DNA of 64,000 nucleotides from a virus (IMGVR_UViG_2811995239_000002:1-64000), one strand, 5' to 3'. Shown: positions 1 through 9,710, counted from the first letter of the stretch. Translations and numbers: made by a program. The notes: a model not told the origin generated them from the sequence alone.

Positions 1-204
1 TCATGATGCTTTTTTGATGCCAGATATATGCCGATGTTTCCAGGCCTGATAATCACCATATAGCCATTTTGATGCGCGGCCATATTTGATTGGTGGTGGG
101 AAGTTTCCTTTCTGGATGTGTTTGTAGAAATAGCGATCCGAGAATCCAGAATCCTCCATTATAAACTTCATGTCAATGAGCGAGTCGTCTCGTAGTTCGC
201 GCAT
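1..204 (-). CDS. AlpA-family excisionase/recombination directionality factor
   Basis: 67 aa HTH with GNFPPPIKYGRASKW AlpA-like signature, at prophage end. Confidence 0.8.
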   Translation of the reverse strand: MRELRDDSLIDMKFIMEDSGFSDRYFYKHIQKGNFPPPIKYGRASKWLYGDYQAWKHRHISGIKKAS

Positions 205-339
205 GGGTTTTATCTCCGGTTTGGAAATCGAACCTGTAAAACAGGTAAAAGAATGCCCTCACAGTGGAGGGCGAAATTGGGGATAACGTTGCAGTGCTTT
301 CGCACCCAATAGCCAGCTCATAACTGGCTATCAGTTGCG

Positions 340-507
340 TCAGCGGAAGTAGAAAAAGCTTCCGGATCGAGTGCGAAGTGCAACCCATGCCGTTACATGC
401 TTCCCAGTCCTCGCCGAAGGGTGACCTTCGATTAGTTCCATCTGCTGCGTATTGCTGCGCCAGTGGGTCATGCCAAGCATCCGGCGTGCTGCTGCGTTAC
501 TTTTCAT
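340..507 (-). CDS. Small phage hypothetical protein (55 aa, MKSNAAARR...)
   Basis: Read manually; GAGGAG RBS upstream, same strand as neighbours. Confidence 0.5.
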   Translation of the reverse strand: MKSNAAARRMLGMTHWRSNTQQMELIEGHPSARTGKHVTAWVALRTRSGSFFYFR

Positions 508-516
508 AAACTCTCC

Positions 517-756
517 TCATGCCGCGCGCTGGGCGCGAAGCGATTTAATGTGCTCGCTCGTCTCCAGTTCGGCGCGTATCTGTGCCGTCTCACGGTGATC
601 GAGGTGCTCAAAGTCATTGTTGAATCGGTCGATTGAAGCGGTGTTGATCCGGCCCTGTCGCCAGTAGCGGACTATCTGTGGTGTGCAGCTGTGAATGATG
701 ACGGGCCAACCGTGCTGGTCAGCGTAAATCTGACCCCGTTGAATGAGTGCAAACAT
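517..756 (-). CDS. DUF4222-like phage protein
   Basis: MFALIQRGQIYADQHGWPV, typical of early-left phage genes. Confidence 0.55.
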   Translation of the reverse strand: MFALIQRGQIYADQHGWPVIIHSCTPQIVRYWRQGRINTASIDRFNNDFEHLDHRETAQIRAELETSEHIKSLRAQRAA

Positions 757-1411
757 CACGCACCTCACTGTTATTGATGGATGAACCTAGTTGAGATTTG
801 GCGCTTTGATAAGCTGCTGAGGCTTCTTCTTCGGTTGCATAGTCACCGAGATATTTAGTCTTCCCATTTTTTGTTATGTTCGCGGTCCACCGACCTGAAG
901 GTCTTTTCGATACCCCAACAAATTTTGATGTACTTCCTTTTCGTTTCCTTTGATTTAACTGCTGTTCAGACAATGTCGACCATCTGCAATTTTCAGGACA
1001 ATAACCAGAGGAGTTGTCTATTCGATCGAGAGTTGTTCCTTTTGGTCTCGGCCCCATATCTTCATAAAATGCTGAGAATTCCCGCCACCTATCGCATACT
1101 ATTATTCCCCGGCCTCCGTAATCCTCATATCTCTTGTTATTTACATTGTTGCACCTCTGCATCATTGAGTCCCAACTGTGGTACTCGCGACTTCCTGTCA
1201 TTCCATGCTTTCGTCTAATTTTTGAGACGGTCTCTCGATGAAGGCACCCACATGATTTAACTGATCCATTTTTGAAGCTGCATAGGCGGATGGCTTTTTT
1301 ATTTCCACACTCACACTGAAACAAACCCATTTTGTGTTTCTTTTGTGATGGCAATTCCTCTAAAAAGGTCAGACGGTTCTTCTTATCTCCCGGTTTTAAT
1401 TCTGTAGGCAT
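719..1411 (-). CDS. HNH endonuclease with C-terminal AP2 domain (homing-type)
   Basis: CECG/SCGC zinc motifs, YGGRGI, TLDRIDN..GYCPENCRW, AP2-like SKFVGVS...YLGDY; ATG at 1411. Confidence 0.85.
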   Translation of the reverse strand: MPTELKPGDKKNRLTFLEELPSQKKHKMGLFQCECGNKKAIRLCSFKNGSVKSCGCLHRETVSKIRRKHGMTGSREYHSWDSMMQRCNNVNNKRYEDYGGRGIIVCDRWREFSAFYEDMGPRPKGTTLDRIDNSSGYCPENCRWSTLSEQQLNQRKRKGSTSKFVGVSKRPSGRWTANITKNGKTKYLGDYATEEEASAAYQSAKSQLGSSINNSEVRDVCTHSTGSDLR

Positions 1412-1412
1412 A

Positions 1413-1631
1413 TCACCCCCTAAATATCTTGGCCTGTCTTTCGGATAACTCTGCACAATCAACACATAACTTGACGCCTGGAATGACCTTCCTTCTGCTA
1501 TCAGGAATTTGTGATCCGCATTCTTCACAACGTTCAGCTGATACGGCGTTGCGGTCGATGCGGTGAGCTGAAAGTGCAGCGTTACGCTGAAGCTCTTCAA
1601 TTTCTGCTGCGGTATCGATGATGTCTGCCAT
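1413..1631 (-). CDS. TraR/DksA C4-type zinc finger protein
   Basis: MADIID, CEECG...CVDC. Confidence 0.9.
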   Translation of the reverse strand: MADIIDTAAEIEELQRNAALSAHRIDRNAVSAERCEECGSQIPDSRRKVIPGVKLCVDCAELSERQAKIFRG

Positions 1632-1633
1632 GG

Positions 1634-1848
1634 TCAATGCTCCCGGAACTGGCCGTTAATACGGCCAATCGTGTAAACGAATAAAAGAAAAGGGACACCA
1701 AGCCCTTAATCTTCTCGAAATGCTTAGCCAGTAACGGCCTGCTTACCGCGTCGAATTTCGGCTTTGGCTTTTGCGCCATCGCAGCCTTCAATTCTTCGTT
1801 GCATCGGCGCGCCGTGGCACGTAAGGCGTTTTCCTGTTCTGCCGTCAT
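1634..1848 (-). CDS. Phage hypothetical protein, apparently 1-bp frameshifted at ~1704
   Basis: Adding one G restores ...KGLGVPFLLFVYTIGRINGQFREH* ending just before the TraR start. Confidence 0.5.
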
Positions 1849-1850
1849 AG

Positions 1851-4040
1851 TTAAACTCCCAGAGTAGCGACGATATCTCTCGCTGTTTCGCGTGTGCTGC
1901 CCTTGCTGGATATCGCACGCCGGGCATTAACATGGTGAAGGGTGAAGCCGAGATGTTCGTAAAGCTCAAGAACTCTCGGAGCAGTTGAGTTGCTGATGAG
2001 AATCTTTGCCCCTCGCTGGTGGGCAGAAACGCAGTTTTCCGCCAGGGCAATCTGGTCATCCCAGGTGAAACCGCCAGCGGCATAATTTGTGAAACCTGCG
2101 GTACCAGGTAACGGCTCATACGGTGGGTCGCAGTAAACGACATCACCATCACCGGACAGCGCCAGAGTCCTGCGATATCCAGCATTCAGGAACACGCATT
2201 TATGCGACTTCAGCTTAAAAGCCATTATCTCAATCTCTGGGAAATAGGGCGCTTCGTACTTGCCCCAGCCGACGTTAAAGAACCCATCACGGTTGTAGCG
2301 GATCAATCCGTTAAAGCAGTGCCGGTTGAGGAAAAGAAAGGCAGCAGCGCGCTCAGGTGCGCCCATGCGCTGGTTATTAAACTCATCCCGCAGATCTTTG
2401 TACGCCTCCTCGCTGTTGGCACGCTCAAACAGAATTTTGGCAAGTGAGCAAACTCTGATGTGGTCCACTTCAAGCATCTGATAGAGGTTAATCAGATCTG
2501 CGTTGACGTCAGCAAGCAGGAACGATTCGTGCTTTTCGGAGTTGAGGAAAACCGAACCGCCGCCGACGAATGGCTCAACCAGGCGTTTACCTTCAGGAAT
2601 TAGGCGGTCCAGTTCCGGCAGCAGCGAATATTTGCCGCCAGCCCATTTAAGGAACGGACGCTGCCAGGTATGCGGCGCTGGCTCTTCTACTGGAAGCGCT
2701 GCGGCGATGCTTTCACCAATCCAGCGCATTACCGGTACCGCCATGCTGTTTCCGATGGCTTTATAGCGTGGCCCGTCCGGGCATTCATCAGCATCCTTTC
2801 CGCGCCAGCTGATCATGGTGTGATTGTCAGGGAAGCCCTGAAGACGCTCGCACTCAATCGGCGTAAGTCGTCGAACTGCCACGCCATGCATTACCGCTGG
2901 TGCAAGATTGGTTCCGCTGCTAGCGCTGGTTAATGTCGGAGATTGCTCTTCTGCGTAACCAATTCCACCGGCTTTAGCACCCTGTCCGGCCTTGAATGCA
3001 TACGCAATAGCAGGAGGCTGTCCGCTGTTAGCGTGGCTTTTATCGTGGTTTCCTGCGCGAATCGTTGGCGATAGATCCGACGTCGCATCAGCTCCACTGT
3101 CTTTGTAGCTAAATGCGATGCAGGCGTTTTCTTGTCCGTTGTTGCGCCCAAGTGTGTGTGCCAGTTCGCAATTGGTATCTGGATCCTGCGTGCCGTGCAC
3201 TGCAAAAGTCTCAGTATCAAAATCCAACCTGATCCCATGCGCGGTGCAGGCGGTCGCCACATCAATATGACCGGCAGTATTGCCACCGCCAAAAGCAATC
3301 AGGTGTCCAGCTTGTGCCTGATTGTCATCTGCGCCACACGTTCCAACGCCTCGTGCAGTAAGGGCGGCAACAGCCTTTTGCGTTTCTCGGCGCGGCGCAG
3401 AATCCCGGCGCACGCTGTCGAGCTCAAAAAGTACCGCTGCGGGATCGAATCCTTTTCGAGCACTTGCGACAACGAACACACGACGGCGGCGTTGGGCCAC
3501 TCCGAAAAATTGAGCATCAAGGACACGCCAGGCGATAACCCTTTCTGGTCCAGACACACAACCTGCGTGCGTCCATTTTCCCCCTGCCGGCTGCAACTCA
3601 CTGCTTTCTCCGGCAAGTCCTGCCAGAAAGCACCCGAATGCGTTATCTTTGCTGCTGAGCACGCCGGGGACGTTTTCCCAGACGATGATTGCTTCTGGCT
3701 CACCGCGTTCGCGGCGCTTTGCGTCGATTGCATTGGCTAATTCCACGTAAGAAAGGGTTAATTGCCCGCGCGCGTCGTCAAGACCATTGCGCAGCCCGGC
3801 AACGCTGAACGCCTGGCATGGTGTACCACCAACCATCACGTCAGGTGCTTCAACTTCACCAGCGAGCACCGTTGCTGCAATTTTTGTCATGTCGCCCAGA
3901 TTGGCAACTTCAGGCCAGTGATGAGCAAGAACTGCTGAGGGGAAGGGTTCGATTTCAGAGAACCAGGCAGGTTTCCAGCCGAGAGGTTCCCACGCTTTAC
4001 TGGCAGCTTCGATGCCGCTGCACACGCTTCCGTATTTCAT
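1851..4040 (-). CDS. Fused C5-cytosine (Dcm-like) and N6-adenine (Dam-like) DNA methyltransferase
   Basis: N-part: SVCSGI, GGTPCQ, ENV, QRRRR, RRLTPIEC..QGFPD, GNS; C-part: KWAGGK, EPFVGGGS, DPPY. Confidence 0.92.
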   Translation of the reverse strand: MKYGSVCSGIEAASKAWEPLGWKPAWFSEIEPFPSAVLAHHWPEVANLGDMTKIAATVLAGEVEAPDVMVGGTPCQAFSVAGLRNGLDDARGQLTLSYVELANAIDAKRRERGEPEAIIVWENVPGVLSSKDNAFGCFLAGLAGESSELQPAGGKWTHAGCVSGPERVIAWRVLDAQFFGVAQRRRRVFVVASARKGFDPAAVLFELDSVRRDSAPRRETQKAVAALTARGVGTCGADDNQAQAGHLIAFGGGNTAGHIDVATACTAHGIRLDFDTETFAVHGTQDPDTNCELAHTLGRNNGQENACIAFSYKDSGADATSDLSPTIRAGNHDKSHANSGQPPAIAYAFKAGQGAKAGGIGYAEEQSPTLTSASSGTNLAPAVMHGVAVRRLTPIECERLQGFPDNHTMISWRGKDADECPDGPRYKAIGNSMAVPVMRWIGESIAAALPVEEPAPHTWQRPFLKWAGGKYSLLPELDRLIPEGKRLVEPFVGGGSVFLNSEKHESFLLADVNADLINLYQMLEVDHIRVCSLAKILFERANSEEAYKDLRDEFNNQRMGAPERAAAFLFLNRHCFNGLIRYNRDGFFNVGWGKYEAPYFPEIEIMAFKLKSHKCVFLNAGYRRTLALSGDGDVVYCDPPYEPLPGTAGFTNYAAGGFTWDDQIALAENCVSAHQRGAKILISNSTAPRVLELYEHLGFTLHHVNARRAISSKGSTRETARDIVATLGV

Positions 4041-4495
4041 GATGCACGCTCCGGGTCGTTAATATCCCAGCCATTACGCTCAATATTGGTTTGCAGCCGC
4101 TTATCTCCGACCTCTTCAATGCTGCGTCCGGTCATCTCTGCGACTTCAGAGTTTGAGTGTCGCCACAGGAGTTCCAGCTCTTCCGCTGTCCATTCAGGCA
4201 TGACTTTTCCTCCTGACGTTCTGGTCAGAGAATGTAATTTGCTGCGTACGGAGTAAATTGAGCGCCCAGTTGCCGTGGCGACTTCTTCAGGTGTGAAACG
4301 ACGGAGAAGGAACAGTTCGGCTTTGGTCCAGCGTCTGCCAGTCATTCGAGATGGTAGTGGTGCTCCAATACGATATGCCTGAGTGACTATGGCACGTTCC
4401 GTGCGCTCAAGCTTTTCAGCAATGACCGATACCGGCATTGTTCCACCAACTTCATGCAGAAAGAGATTTTCCCACGGTTGCCAAAGTTCGCTCAT
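4037..4495 (-). CDS. Myb/SANT-like repeat DNA-binding protein
   Basis: Repeated W(Q/T)xxE..L motifs. Confidence 0.6.
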   Translation of the reverse strand: MSELWQPWENLFLHEVGGTMPVSVIAEKLERTERAIVTQAYRIGAPLPSRMTGRRWTKAELFLLRRFTPEEVATATGRSIYSVRSKLHSLTRTSGGKVMPEWTAEELELLWRHSNSEVAEMTGRSIEEVGDKRLQTNIERNGWDINDPERAS

Positions 4496-4773
4496 TGGTT
4501 CTCCTTAAGACGATACACGCAGCCGCCGATCGTTCCGTTTCCCCATTCCTCAGCGATCAGGTGTTGTTGTATTTTTTTCAGGGCCGGGCCTGAGATGAAT
4601 GTTTGTTGCATCTCTAAGTTAGGGGCCCATCCCTCGTAATATGGCTCGTGGTAATTGAGGGTGATTCCTTCTGAGTGGCTTAGTGCGCCTGCTGAAGTTT
4701 TCCATCTGTGGAACACGGTGATATTGTTCCGCGCGTCCTTGCGCAGAATGCTGAGGATAGTTTCAGGAGTCAT
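4492..4773 (-). CDS. Phage hypothetical protein (MTPETILSILRK...)
   Basis: ORF coupled (ATGA) to next gene. Confidence 0.55.
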   Translation of the reverse strand: MTPETILSILRKDARNNITVFHRWKTSAGALSHSEGITLNYHEPYYEGWAPNLEMQQTFISGPALKKIQQHLIAEEWGNGTIGGCVYRLKENQ

Positions 4774-4816
4774 ATCGATAACGGCGATGCCGCCCGTTGT
4801 TAGATAAGAGAGGCGG

Positions 4817-5443
4817 TTATGCCGCCTGTTTGAGTTCTCTGATTCGAATGCCGGTAACGTCTTTGCATTTAGCCTGGTGGTCAGGCCATCCGTTAAGGCG
4901 TTGCCATGTTGATGCGTACTGTTCCTGAAGTTTCTTGCTGTCGTTCTCAGCGCCGGCGTACTGCGTAAATTCAGCCAGAATCTGGTCTGCATCAGCCGGT
5001 TTTATGTGATGCATCTCTGCATCGGCATCAATCGCAGTTTCTTCTGTAGGGATACAGAACGCCTGAAATGCTGCGTATTTGTAGGCGATCGACATAGCCT
5101 TGTTGGTGGCCTTGTCGCCACTGTCCATCGCTTCGCCGTAGGTGGTGACCGTGTGGATGCTGCCGTCTTCAGTGCTGACGAAATCGAAGTCGCCACGAAC
5201 AGTGATATAAAACAGAGCACCACCACTTTTACTGGTTCGCTCTACACATGTGCGTTCGGTATATCGAGGTAAAATCAGGAGCTTATTCTTGACCAACTCA
5301 GGAGCCAGTGCGTTGTAGATGTCGTCGATTCCGCGAAACGCATAGTTAACCTGGCTGCCTTGTTTTTTCTCTTTCCTGATACCTTGCTCTGCAAGCGCAG
5401 AAGCTACTCCGCTGATTGCTGCGTAAACTTTTTTCTGTTCCAT
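4817..5443 (-). CDS. ERF-family single-strand annealing recombinase
   Basis: YAFRGIDD, GEAMDSGDKATNKAMSIAYKYA..Q.FCIP ERF motif. Confidence 0.88.
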   Translation of the reverse strand: MEQKKVYAAISGVASALAEQGIRKEKKQGSQVNYAFRGIDDIYNALAPELVKNKLLILPRYTERTCVERTSKSGGALFYITVRGDFDFVSTEDGSIHTVTTYGEAMDSGDKATNKAMSIAYKYAAFQAFCIPTEETAIDADAEMHHIKPADADQILAEFTQYAGAENDSKKLQEQYASTWQRLNGWPDHQAKCKDVTGIRIRELKQAA

Positions 5444-5450
5444 AATTACC

Positions 5451-5639
5451 TCAGAATGGAATTTCGGAAGGATTGGACAAGAACTCGCATTTATTGATGC
5501 GTTCATTACGAGCCATGCGCAGACAATGACGCTTCATGCTTTTGTTGGCGGCCTTGCGCCAGTACAGAGCTTCAACAACGTGATACTTGCGTTTTATCCG
5601 GCTGAGTTCCGGTGTTTTTGCTAAATCAACGGGGATCAT
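5451..5639 (-). CDS. Phage hypothetical protein
   Basis: GAGG RBS, ends in EIPF. Confidence 0.6.
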   Translation of the reverse strand: MIPVDLAKTPELSRIKRKYHVVEALYWRKAANKSMKRHCLRMARNERINKCEFLSNPSEIPF

Positions 5640-5647
5640 TGTTCACC

Positions 5648-6619
5648 TCAGTAGTGAATTTTTGCGCAGGGGATCAGGTCGTCTTTCAGCGCGGTAAGCA
5701 CTTCGATAGCCTGTTCTCGGGTTAAGCTGGTGTGGCTGGTGAGCGCGTTAACGATGTTGGTACCGACCGTCTTCCGATGTTTCACGTCAGCTTCACGCTT
5801 TGCCTGCTCGTCAGCGATGCGCTTCTCTTCCGCCAGTCGTTTCTCTTCTGCCTGTTTTGCTTTGAGGCGTTCAGCTTCAACCGCCGCGGCCTTTTCGCGT
5901 TCCGCCCGGGCCTCTGCTTCCTGCTTCTCACGTGCCGCACGCTGCTCTGCTTCAATGCGCTGGCGCTCAGCCATCTCAGCACGCGCTTTCTCTTCAGCTT
6001 CACGGCGCGCTGCCGCTTCAATCTCAGCCTTGTGCTTCGCTTCGGCATCGCGGCGGGCTTGCTCTGCCGCTTCCTGCTTCAGTCGCTCGTCACGTTCACG
6101 CTGAGCCTGTTCCGCCTGACGGCGCTGCTCTTCGCGGTCGCGGTCAAAATCCTTATTCATCAGCAAGGCCATTTCGTGGTCCGCTTCAAACTTGGCCGCC
6201 AGCTCTTGATCAAACTTGATGTTCATTTCCAGAGCTTCGGCGTGCAGCGCGTTCATGGCTTCCTCAGCCTTAATGCGTTCCTGCTCGGCTTCCCATTCGG
6301 TGAGTGGGCGACGGGTTGCATCGCGCAGCTCGTCACAGGCATCAACGAACCGCTTAATTTCGGCCTCAGCAGGGCGGACAGCCTCTTTCAGTCGCTTCAG
6401 ATACTCACGGCCCGGCTTTTCGATTGCCGTCTTACTGCGGGACACCTGCGCCGCCAGAGAGGCGACACGGTCACGGCCTTTCTTCGTGGACAGGTCCGGC
6501 ACTTCGTTTACTGCCTGGCGGATTTGCTCAAGGTAAGCGTCAAGGCCGCCCGATACGTAAAGCACTGGCGCCTGCTCCGGCTTGATTTCGATGACAGTTA
6601 AGTCCGTTACTTCGCTCAT
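5648..6619 (-). CDS. Coiled-coil (TolA-like annotated) phage protein
   Basis: MSEVTDL start; long E/A/R/K-rich helix. Confidence 0.75.
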   Translation of the reverse strand: MSEVTDLTVIEIKPEQAPVLYVSGGLDAYLEQIRQAVNEVPDLSTKKGRDRVASLAAQVSRSKTAIEKPGREYLKRLKEAVRPAEAEIKRFVDACDELRDATRRPLTEWEAEQERIKAEEAMNALHAEALEMNIKFDQELAAKFEADHEMALLMNKDFDRDREEQRRQAEQAQRERDERLKQEAAEQARRDAEAKHKAEIEAAARREAEEKARAEMAERQRIEAEQRAAREKQEAEARAEREKAAAVEAERLKAKQAEEKRLAEEKRIADEQAKREADVKHRKTVGTNIVNALTSHTSLTREQAIEVLTALKDDLIPCAKIHY

Positions 6620-6689
6620 GGTTTCTCCTGAAATTTGGATGTGCAGATCCCGCCCGCAAAAAGCCAGGCCGTTCGGTTGAATAGGGTGG

Positions 6690-6902
6690 TTAGTGCTGGA
6701 TGGGGTTGCCGTGACCGTCCAGAAGGACGTCAATCACGCAGTCGCTGAGGCGGATGATTTCTGCATCGGTGTGCAGGTACACCCATTTGCGCTCCTGAAT
6801 GACTGCTGAGACGCGATAAGTGCGGCCTTCATGCATTGCCATCATGCCAGGAGTGACGCACTGGCGTATGAGCGGGGTGGTGCCGTAGTGCATTCCAATC
6901 AT
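6690..6902 (-). CDS. kilR: KilR-like FtsZ/cell-division inhibitor
   Basis: RQCVTPG...HEGRTY matches Rac KilR as recalled. Confidence 0.75.
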   Translation of the reverse strand: MIGMHYGTTPLIRQCVTPGMMAMHEGRTYRVSAVIQERKWVYLHTDAEIIRLSDCVIDVLLDGHGNPIQH

Positions 6903-7057
6903 ACCTTCACCTCAACCTGTTCCAGGAGGCCAGCGATATGCATCTGCCAGCGGTTAAGCACCAACTTTTCACGCGGTGCCGATACTGACGTCAGCTGCCA
7001 CTCGTTATCGTTGAGCTTTTTGGCGGTGTACTGCTTGCCGTTGTGGGTGACTGTCAT
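6899..7057 (-). CDS. Phage hypothetical protein (MTVTHNGKQY...)
   Basis: ATGA-coupled to neighbours. Confidence 0.6.
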   Translation of the reverse strand: MTVTHNGKQYTAKKLNDNEWQLTSVSAPREKLVLNRWQMHIAGLLEQVEVKV

Positions 7058-7308
7058 GATTCCTCCCGGGCGCGGAGCATTGCGTCGGCAATGTGATACG
7101 CATCTTCGGCTAATTCTTTGTACTGTGGTGATTTCGGGCCGCCACCAAACGAATGCCCGTCCCATCTACGCACAATGGCTGCCATAGCCTTTGCCGCGAA
7201 GTAGTCGCGTAGCGACATACCGCCACTGGTAATAACCTCTTCCACGCCTGGGGCTACCGGCTTTCTTATGTGTGGAAAAGCTGGTCCGCCATGATTTTCT
7301 TTGCTCAT
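7054..7308 (-). CDS. Phage hypothetical protein (GGPAFP...GMSLRDYFAAKAM family)
   Basis: Common phage motif. Confidence 0.7.
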   Translation of the reverse strand: MSKENHGGPAFPHIRKPVAPGVEEVITSGGMSLRDYFAAKAMAAIVRRWDGHSFGGGPKSPQYKELAEDAYHIADAMLRAREES

Positions 7309-7447
7309 AATCATCTCCGCGCTTAAGGCCGCGCCGCCGAACGTTAAACAAGACTTCTGCGCTAATGGGCGGTGGATGGCCGCCGGTTGTCATAACTAAG
7401 CCGCCTCGATGAAGCGACTGAGGTATGAAAAAACACGCCGGAGCGGG

Positions 7448-7729
7448 TCAGTCGTCGTCTTCTGCGGTATTGGTTAGCTGCTTAAATGCTTCGAAAGCAG
7501 ACATCTGACCCTCGAATTTCTTCCCGAAAACATCAGCCTGTTCCTGAGTAAATGCATCAAGTGCGTTGTCCATAGCCTCTTCGTTGTCTCCAAAGCCCAG
7601 GTTCAAAGACATTTCAGCACCATCAAACATGGTCGATATGCATAGCGCGCAATCGCCATCACTGTTTTCACCTTTCTTCACCAAAATCTGACGACCGTAG
7701 CTTTCGAACAACTTTGCAAAACGTTCCAT
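7448..7729 (-). CDS. Acidic hypothetical protein, first sizeable gene of pL operon
   Basis: GAGG RBS, 93 aa. Confidence 0.65.
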   Translation of the reverse strand: MERFAKLFESYGRQILVKKGENSDGDCALCISTMFDGAEMSLNLGFGDNEEAMDNALDAFTQEQADVFGKKFEGQMSAFEAFKQLTNTAEDDD

Positions 7730-8059
7730 CCTCTTACCCTCTGTCGTTACCCGCTGATGCGGGAGAAATGCTTAATTCAGCCCAGCCCACTCAACTTCGA
7801 ATGGACTGGAATAAATCTGTTTGCGCTTCGCACCTCTCATCCCGTCCGTGTTTCCCGTTCCCACGCCTTTATCGCTCTCGCGAGGGGGTAGCCTCACACC
7901 GACCGGATCGCGCCCGGTGCTACGCCGCACATTTGCGTTGGGGTCTAAACAGGATTACCGAGTGCTGTTCCGACTTTGCATGTTGTTAAAAAGCAGGCGA
8001 CTTGCTGTCCGCCGCTGGCTAACTTCGCTCAGCTGTCGATGTTTCGTTTCGATGAGCTA

Positions 8060-8147
8060 ACAATAGCTAAAGCGATTATTTGAGTCAATCGCCAAAACGA
8101 TATTCATCATCGATAAAGTGATAATTAATTGAAAGTTAAAGCGATAT
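8060..8147 (-). promoter_or_regulatory. pL promoter and OL operators of prophage A
   Basis: TTGACT-17bp-TATTGT (8088-8060); repeated ATCGC-N4-GCGAT-like palindromes also present at OR. Confidence 0.75.
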
Positions 8148-8230
8148 TTTTTTAAGGAGAGAGTGAAAAAAGTGATGCTGGTAGTGTTTGATGAGATGGG
8201 AGGGGAATCAAAGCGTCTTCATAGGGGCAA

Positions 8231-8255
8231 TAAAAAACCCGCCGGAGCGGGTTGT
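8231..8255 (-). terminator. Intrinsic terminator after cI-linked moron
   Basis: ACCCGCTCCGGCGGGT hairpin followed by T-run. Confidence 0.7.
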
Positions 8256-8257
8256 TG

Positions 8258-8782
8258 TTATCCTTGTTTCGGGGTCGTGTAACCTTCAAGGTTGAATTTA
8301 AATTGTTTTGGCCCTGCCTGATAGAAATCAGCCTCGATAATGAGCTTCTTGTGGTTGGGTATGCTTTTGATAAAGCCGTTGGACTGATCAAAGAAAATGA
8401 CATCTGAGCGACCACTCTCAGCAGGACTCATTTTATACTTGTGAATTTTGTCATTATCGAACTTAACTGAAATCTCGCAACCATTATAAGAGTTGCAACT
8501 AAATTGACCCTTGCTTATCAATAATATTGCTTCATTAGGTTTAAGATCTTCTGCTTTTTGGTCACCCTTCAATTCAGTTTTTGGGGACCGAAGAACTAAA
8601 GTCATCGTAGATCCTCCATTGTAAGGGAAATCAAACTCTACAGAGTTGTCGGAGTCAGTTTGCAGAAATTTTGTTGCTGTTCCGCGCATTTCATCGTTGT
8701 CGTAAGAGGCGATCCACTCTGCCGAAAAAGTCGTAGTAGAGACAAGTAAAGAGCCTGCAAATACTATTTTTATCCATTTCAT
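8258..8782 (-). CDS. Secreted/periplasmic protein downstream of cI (possible exclusion moron)
   Basis: Signal peptide MKWIKIVFAGSLLVSTTTFSA; AT-rich; rex-like position. Confidence 0.7.
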   Translation of the reverse strand: MKWIKIVFAGSLLVSTTTFSAEWIASYDNDEMRGTATKFLQTDSDNSVEFDFPYNGGSTMTLVLRSPKTELKGDQKAEDLKPNEAILLISKGQFSCNSYNGCEISVKFDNDKIHKYKMSPAESGRSDVIFFDQSNGFIKSIPNHKKLIIEADFYQAGPKQFKFNLEGYTTPKQG

Positions 8783-8901
8783 TATAGAGCCATCCACTTT
8801 GAAAATTGTATGAAACATCCTAACCAGAAATAGCTAATCCGCAATGGAAAAAACTGATAAGTTGCTCTCAATTCAATAGACGCAAAAACCATAATACGTG
8901 T

Positions 8902-9600
8902 TTATGCGAAGCGTTTGTAATCTATTGATTGCCTGAGTAGGACCTTTGCCATTACATAGAACGAGTCCTCGTCTCCGGCTTCGACGTACCATTTTTCGTA
9001 AATCGGGTTATCTGAGATAACTGCCAGGCGGTCACGCTGCATCTGTAGGCGCTTGACGTGCAGAGTCTTCCCGAAGACAAAGACATATACCCCATCACCA
9101 TCAAAATGCGTTACTCCGGTGTCAACGAAGATCTGATCGCCAGGCGAAATGGTGCCGTCCATGCTGTCGCCGTTAACCGTGATGACTTTGACGTGAGTAG
9201 CTGGCCTGTTACCGAACAAGGCGCGGGCCTGTTCAGTCGTGTATTCGATGGCTCGGATAGTTTCAATGAAGTCGCTGGTGACAATGGTCCCTGGCCCAGC
9301 GCTGGCTTTAACGTCGAGTACATCCACGCGGTAAATCCCATTCAGTGACGGCTTAACCTGGTATAGCGCAGTCGTTTCTCTTGCGCCACTGGAAGCCATT
9401 TCCCCTTCACCAGTAGACAGCCACTCCGGCCGCACACCCAGAACAGAGGCAATCTCAACAGTCTTACGAGAGCCGTTAGCTTCCTTGAGTAGCTTATTGA
9501 CGCTGGACTGAGCCATGCCGACATCTTTGGCTAATCGGCCCTGTGTATATCCAGCATGTTTCATTGCCTGCGCCAGGCGCTCCGAGAATCCCATATTCAC
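8902..9600 (-). CDS. cI: CI repressor (HTH plus S24 peptidase)
   Basis: N-terminal HTH, ASAG cleavage site, GDSM catalytic Ser, VKRL. Confidence 0.95.
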   Translation of the reverse strand: MNMGFSERLAQAMKHAGYTQGRLAKDVGMAQSSVNKLLKEANGSRKTVEIASVLGVRPEWLSTGEGEMASSGARETTALYQVKPSLNGIYRVDVLDVKASAGPGTIVTSDFIETIRAIEYTTEQARALFGNRPATHVKVITVNGDSMDGTISPGDQIFVDTGVTHFDGDGVYVFVFGKTLHVKRLQMQRDRLAVISDNPIYEKWYVEAGDEDSFYVMAKVLLRQSIDYKRFA

Positions 9601-9623
9601 CTCTATTAATGACTCCCTTAACT

Positions 9624-9710
9624 CTATCGCTCAAGCGATTATTTAGCAAAAAATCGCCTATGCGATTGACATTCACTAAAGTGATAACCATAATCGCTTT
9701 AAACTGATAG
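9624..9710 (+). promoter_or_regulatory. OR operators and pR promoter
   Basis: TTGACA(9666)-17bp-CATAAT(9689); ATCGCTCAAGCGAT and ATCGCCTATGCGAT palindromes. Confidence 0.8.

Noticed and set aside
5730-6601. Long plus-strand ORFs opposite the coiled-coil gene (similar ones opposite the methylase, terminase and tape measure)
   Set aside because: Antisense shadows of biased coding sequence with no RBS or motifs.
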